From NCBI GenBank assembly GCA_012295275.1, contig CM022676.1, positions 3,968,001 through 4,032,000 of the forward strand: a stretch of 64,000 nucleotides of DNA. The letters run 5' to 3'. This document shows positions 57,583-64,000 of the stretch, one piece after another. The DNA comes from Chrysomallon squamiferum (Eukaryota > Animalia > Mollusca). The translations under genes and the position numbers were made by a program. The notes below the pieces were generated by a model. It was not told the DNA's origin, ran no database searches, and saw only the letters and a list, made by a program, of their open reading frames with translations. Position 1 is the first letter of the stretch. Each line of letters opens with the position of its first letter.

Positions 57583-58209
57583 GTAATGTCGTGTCACAGA
57601 ATATGTGTGTGTGTGTGTGTAGGGTGGGTAGGTGAAATTTAGTCATCAGTTTAATAATTTATAACACTCGAAGTTTAACGCAAGTACACTTCTTTTGTTT
57701 ACGTAAAGCCCCCTTGTTTTTTTTTTTTTTTTTTTTTTTTTCTGGACAGCTACTTACTTATTTATCCTTCTGTCTTTCTTTCAGTTTCTACTATCTTTCT
57801 ATCTGTCTATATTTTCATATGTTTCAGTCCATCTGTCTGTCTGTCTATCAGCTTATATATTTATCTATGTATCTATATATCTATCTATTTATCTGTCTAT
57901 CTATCCATCTATTTATCTGTCTGTCTATCTGTCTGTCTATATACATATGTATCTCTTTCTGTAAGTGTGTATCTTTATCTATTCATCCATGTATTTATCC
58001 GGCTGTCTCTCTATTCTTTTTCTGTCTGTCAGTCTGTCCATGCATGTATAAAATTTCTGTCTTTAATATTTTTTTTGTCTTTTTCATTCATTCATTCATC
58101 CATAAAAATTAAAAGTCCAAATTTGAAACTTGAGAAAAAAAAATTAAAATAAATAAATTAGTAATGATATAATACTAATTAAAAACTACTACTTAATGTA
58201 ATTTTAAGA

Positions 58210-58262
<53 letters not shown>

Positions 58263-58312
58263 AAGAAAAAGAAGAAGAAGAATTATAAACTTTATAAATT
58301 AGTTGTTTACAC

Positions 58313-58347
<35 letters not shown>

Positions 58348-58636
58348 TTATCCAAATCTGATTTTTTTTGTCAGTGACGACAAATCTAAAACGAAATCAG
58401 ATTTCATATATCGTCTGTAACCGTCTGACAAATAAAAGTTATTTTGTATCAGCCATCCATAAAAATTTAAGTCATTTGTTTGATTGTTTACATGTACTAT
58501 TGTTGTTGTTGTGTAATTTTCTGAAACTGTTTACATGTTATTAGCAGATTACTTATTTTTATTTTTATCCAAATTGGAAATTCAAACTCAGTCATGTAGA
58601 CTGTAATTACAAACTTGTTTCCAAATTTTAATTGTT

Positions 58637-58669
<33 letters not shown>

Positions 58670-58673
58670 CATG

Positions 58674-58708
<35 letters not shown>

Positions 58709-58883
58709 GTTGTTGTTGTTGTTGTTTTTGTTGTTAGTTGTTATGTTGTTGTTAATATTGTTGGTTTATTATTGTTGTTGTTACTGTTATTATTATTATT
58801 GTTGTTATTATTGTTTTAATTTTATTATTATATTATCGTTATCATCATTTTTATTATGCTCGTGATCATGATCATGATCATCA

Positions 58884-58939
<56 letters not shown>

Positions 58940-59633
58940 GGTAATAGAAGTAACATTAATATTAGTAGTACTGGTAGTAGTGTTAGTTGCAGTAGTAGAC
59001 GTAGTTCTTGTACTGTCGTGTTTTTTGTTGTTGATTTTTATTTTATTTTTTTATTTTATTTTTTTTTTTTGAAAACAACAGTAGTCGCTATTAGAATCAA
59101 ACTTAATCACTTTTTAACAAGTCTGTATTTGTAAAAAAACAACAACATATATCTCGTTATTTGCGCGTGCAGTATTTTATTATTATCCACTCACCTGCTT
59201 ATATCAAACACTACGTAATTTTCGTATCAGTTATTTAACAGGCTATCAACTGGGATTGGCGCTTTGTTTACATTTATATAACGCGAACGTGCTGTTTGGA
59301 CCGCCTCTATAGTCAGGTGAACGTCGAATGCGTAAACATGTCCTTATATGGTCACGAGAGCAACGGTGACGTAATTTTATGAATGAACCGCTTTATCTAG
59401 GTCATAAGTAATTTTTAGAAAACGCTTGAACAGGATTACTTCCAGTTATCTCCCATAGGTTTGTGTTTAAGAGAAGCTATGTTTTTTATTTTTTATTTTT
59501 TTATTGCTTTTTAATTCAAGAAAATATTCAAAATGGAAGACTAAATAATGTCGAAGGGTGTCAAACGTCATTGTAATTTACGGGTAGGGTGGAAGTTGGT
59601 AGGTAAACATTTTATTATTGTTTACTTGATTTA

Positions 59634-59684
<51 letters not shown>

Positions 59685-60062
59685 TTTTATTTGATTGTTT
59701 TATTTTTATTTCATTTTTTTTATTATTTATTTATTCATTCAATAATATTTATTTATTTGTTCGTGTGTTTGATTATTTGTTTGTTTGTTTGTTTGTTTAG
59801 TGAACTGTTGGGTATTTCAATCCAATAGTCCTGTTTGTATAATTTCTAATACGATTGATTGGAATTTACAGAAAAGTGATGTCCATCATTATGGAGAATA
59901 AAGTTTTCAAGAAAGAAAAACAATAACAATAATAATAATGAATAATAAATAAATAAGTAATTAAATCAAATCAAATCACATCATATCAAGATCAAAATCA
60001 AAATTAAACAGAAAACAAAAGAAATTCTACTACTACTACTACTACTACTACTATTGCTGCTG

Positions 60063-60106
<44 letters not shown>

Positions 60107-60473
60107 GCTATTACCAATATTATTAATATTATTGTTGTTGTTGTCGTTCCTGTTACTATTACTTTACTACTATAACTAGCATTACTTCTTTTACTAATAC
60201 TACTAATGTTATTAATAACATCTACAGCTAATATTAATATGACTAGAACTATTAGTACTATTACCAATACTATAATTATTATTACTACAATTGCTACAGA
60301 TATTATTATTATTATTGTTATTGTTGTTGTTGTTGTTGTTGTTTTCACTTATTATTACGTTGTTTTTATTTACTGATACTACCATCATCATCATCATCAT
60401 CATCATCATCGTTTCGTTATTGTTATTGTTGTACATTTCTACAATTTCTGTAACACGCACACGCACACGCACG

Positions 60474-60504
<31 letters not shown>

Positions 60505-61360
60505 CGGAATGTTTGCATATCACGTTGTCATTGGCAACCTTGAATGTTCAGTCGATGTATGATATCAAGATCAAATGTGTAATTCATTTCCTAATCCTCA
60601 CACTAACATGTATCAGATTCACAAAACAATGTTACTGAAATTAGATTAGATGTCACTGCAGAAATATGTTTAGTTCAAACTAGCACACAGGAGGTGTTGT
60701 GTGCACTTGACAGTCGCGCATGCGCAGAAACGAAGGTGATGTCATGTTGTTGCATGATTTGATTTCTTAAGAATGTATTTTTCTTTTACTTCCTTGTAAA
60801 ACATCCGCCAGAATAGCAGATGATAAACGAACATTTTTTTTTTTTTTTTTTTTATATCGATAGTTTTGGGAAATTAACATATTTTTATTACTTTTTTAAA
60901 ATTTTTATTTAATTTTCGAATTTTCTTTTTTAATAGAGGTGGCAGAACACTTATATCGAATCGTTCATAATGTATGTACGTACTGTGTATGAATGCGTAG
61001 AGTGTGTGTGTTTGTGTGTGTGTGTATGTATGTATATGTATCTATGTATTTATATATGTATGTGTGTACGTATGTATGTGTGTCTGTGTTGTATGTATAT
61101 ATGCGTGTATGTATGAATGCTTGTATTACATATGTTCCTAAGTATGTATGTATGTATTTATAAATCTGATTATCTGTCTTTCTCCAGTCTATAGCAACTG
61201 AATAACAGGTATTATATTCATTTATGTCTATTTCTCTATATTTAACATTGAATCACATATGTAAACCAGTAGGTCAGTGGGTTGTCTCTGTATGAGAAGC
61301 ACCTGCAAGGCCGGAAGACTGAGATATCCGTCAGATCTTCTGACTCATTCTTTTAATTAA

Positions 61361-61433
<73 letters not shown>

Positions 61434-61520
61434 ATAAATAGAGAGAGATAGAGAGAGAGAGATAAACTGAGAGACAGATAGATAGATACGTAGAGAGAGA
61501 GAAAGAGAGACAGAATAGAC

Positions 61521-61598
<78 letters not shown>

Positions 61599-61806
61599 CC
61601 AGACAGACAGACAGACAGAGAGCTTTGTATTACACGCCCAGTACTGACTGTGTAGCTACAGTTGCATATTCAGTTTACTGAATATTCTACTTCCGTATAT
61701 ATCTTTACCTTATTATTATTATTATTATTGCTATTATTATTATTATTTTTTAATTTTTTTGCATTAAGAATGAAGTAACTATCCGTAATATTCATCGTAA
61801 TATTAA

Positions 61807-61858
<52 letters not shown>

Positions 61859-62344
61859 ATCTTATTAAATATATTTTATATTTTAAATATGCTTAATTGG
61901 TATTATTTTGCGATTATCTTGCTATTTATTTTGATATTTTTTCTACCTGCTTACGTAATTGTCTATCTGCTTACCTACTTATCTATCTCTGTCTATCCAT
62001 CCATCTATCAGCCTGTCTGTCTATCTATCCCTCTATCTATCTATCTATCTTTGTGAGTTTGTCTCTGTAGACTACATATATGCATACATACATAAGAACA
62101 GATTTGCACATATTCAAACACACAGACACCGAAATTGAGATATATATATATAAAAAAAAAGAATGGACTGCCATGGAAGTGAAACCCATGCGTGCTCACA
62201 CACACATGCACACGTACATTAAAAAAAACACGAGCATACGCAAATTCTGTCAATCTTTATTCTTAATAAAAAAAAAAAAAAAACGCTAACGTACTCAAAT
62301 GACATCTATTCTGTAAATGCACTTTTAGCTTCTTATCAAACCTG

Positions 62345-62384
<40 letters not shown>

Positions 62385-62847
62385 AATAAATAAAAAAAAA
62401 AAAAACCCACCGCAACAACAAAGTAATAAAATAACAAAATAAATAAACAAAATGTACCCTAGAACCGCACCACCTGTGTAACACGGGTGCACTAGGGGTA
62501 CTTAATGGCCCTAGCGGGTTGCATGTACACTAGTGTTTGTTTACTGCTAAGTAAATCCTGTTATGCCAGACGCCTAACAAGATTGATGACCTTTTGTCGT
62601 AACGTGACCTCGCAAGTCCAGTAAAACTGGATCACGTGATGCGTCACCAAGTACAGAGCCAGTGAGTGCTGTTATAGTACTCAAATGGACTACTTTTTTT
62701 TGGTGGACTGATGTCGGTGACGTCACTGTTTGTGCTTGGGATTCTGGGATCGCGGCTCCATAACGTCTGCTATTTAATTTAATTTAATTTAATTTAATTT
62801 AATTTAATTTAATTTATTTATTCATTTATTTACCTAATAATAATTGC

Positions 62848-62931
<84 letters not shown>

Positions 62932-63139
62932 GTTATTTCGTTTTTCAGAGCCGTTCGGATTTTGGAATACACAAAGATTGCCTGAGAACATGATCGATGT
63001 CTAAATATGAATTGCTCTTATATTTAATACACAGTCCATACAAATAGTAAACAGAATTTTTTACATTTCTGTGGCTTCTTTTAAAAAAAACTATTTCAAT
63101 TACATCAACAATAATAATAAAGACAGTACTTTCTATTAG

Positions 63140-63905
63140 TACTTGTAACTATTACTACTACTAGAACAAGTAACTACTACAACAAGTAACTGTTACTACT
63201 ACTAGAACAAGTAACTATTATTACTACTACAAATAACTATTACTACTACTACAACAAGTAACTATTACTACTACTAGAACAAGTAACTGTTACTACTACT
63301 AGAACAAGTAACTGTTACTACTACTAAAACAAGTCACTATTACTACTACTAGAACAAGTAACTATTATTACTACTACTAGAACAAGTAACTGTTACTACT
63401 ACTAGAACAAGTAACTGTTACTACTACTAGAACAAGTAACTGTTACTACTACTAAAACAAGTCACTATTACTACTACTAGAACAAGTAACTGTTACTACT
63501 ACTACAACAAGTAACTATTACTACTTACAACAAGTAACTATTACTATTACTAGAACAACTGTTACTAACAACAAGTCACTATTACTAGAACAAGTAACTA
63601 TTAACTATTAATTACTACTACTAGAACAAGTAACTACAACATTAACTATTACTACTACTAGAACAAGTAACTGTTACTATTACTAGAACAAGTAACTGTT
63701 ACTACTAGAACAAGTAACTGTTACTACTACTAAAACAAGTCACTATTACTACTACTAGAACAAGTAACTGTTACTACTACTACAACAAGTAACTATTACT
63801 ACTACTACAACAAGTAACTATTACTATTACTAGAACAAGTAACTGTTACTACTACTACAACAAGTCACTATTACTACTACTAGAACAAGTAACTATTACT
63901 ACTAC
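63140..63905. repeat. ~25-27 bp minisatellite (ACTACTACTAGAACAAGTAACTGTT)
   Basis: More than 20 imperfect copies visible directly. Confidence 0.9.
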
Positions 63906-64000
63906 TATCGCTGCTACTGCGGCTGCTGCTATGTCTAATGTTAATGGAAAAGCTGCTAATACTACTAATACTACAACAACTGCTACACCTTATACTACTA

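Noticed and set aside
48468-59550. Seed-like matches to miR-125 (48468), miR-2 (55267) and miR-7 (59534)
   Set aside because: Only 8-10 nt match; the rest of the mature sequence is absent and I saw no hairpin.

Overview
AT-rich, extremely microsatellite-dense animal (invertebrate, probably lophotrochozoan; not determinable exactly) genomic DNA with spliceosomal introns. Almost all ORF-track entries are microsatellite artefacts. Four genes can be built by hand, all in the first 31 kb. (1) The last four coding exons (+; 603-735, 1369-1493, 2799-3083, 3973-4008) of an ankyrin-repeat protein resembling nuclear IkB (IkB-zeta/IkBNS-type) C-termini. (2) A complete core-2/I-branching beta-1,6-GlcNAc transferase (GT14, GCNT-like; +; 14683-15470, 15971-16197, 16753-17048; 436 aa). 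Its splice acceptor, ATG and first ~19 codons are present in five tandem, same-frame copies. (3) An orphan 188-aa gene (-; 19460-19377, 18744-18696, 17911-17478) with a C-terminal Cys motif and an RFX/FOX/CRE promoter. (4) A divergent ERG/FEV/Ets21C-class ETS factor (+; 25994-26279, 26787-26978, 27938-28494). Its apparent acidic activation tail lies in the -1 frame (to 28991), so the assembled gene is frame-broken (indel, exitron or recoding). The region 31-64 kb has no recognisable coding exon: microsatellites, minisatellites, a Tc1/mariner-type MITE and short unique islands rich in CRE/AP-1/YY1/ETS-like motifs.
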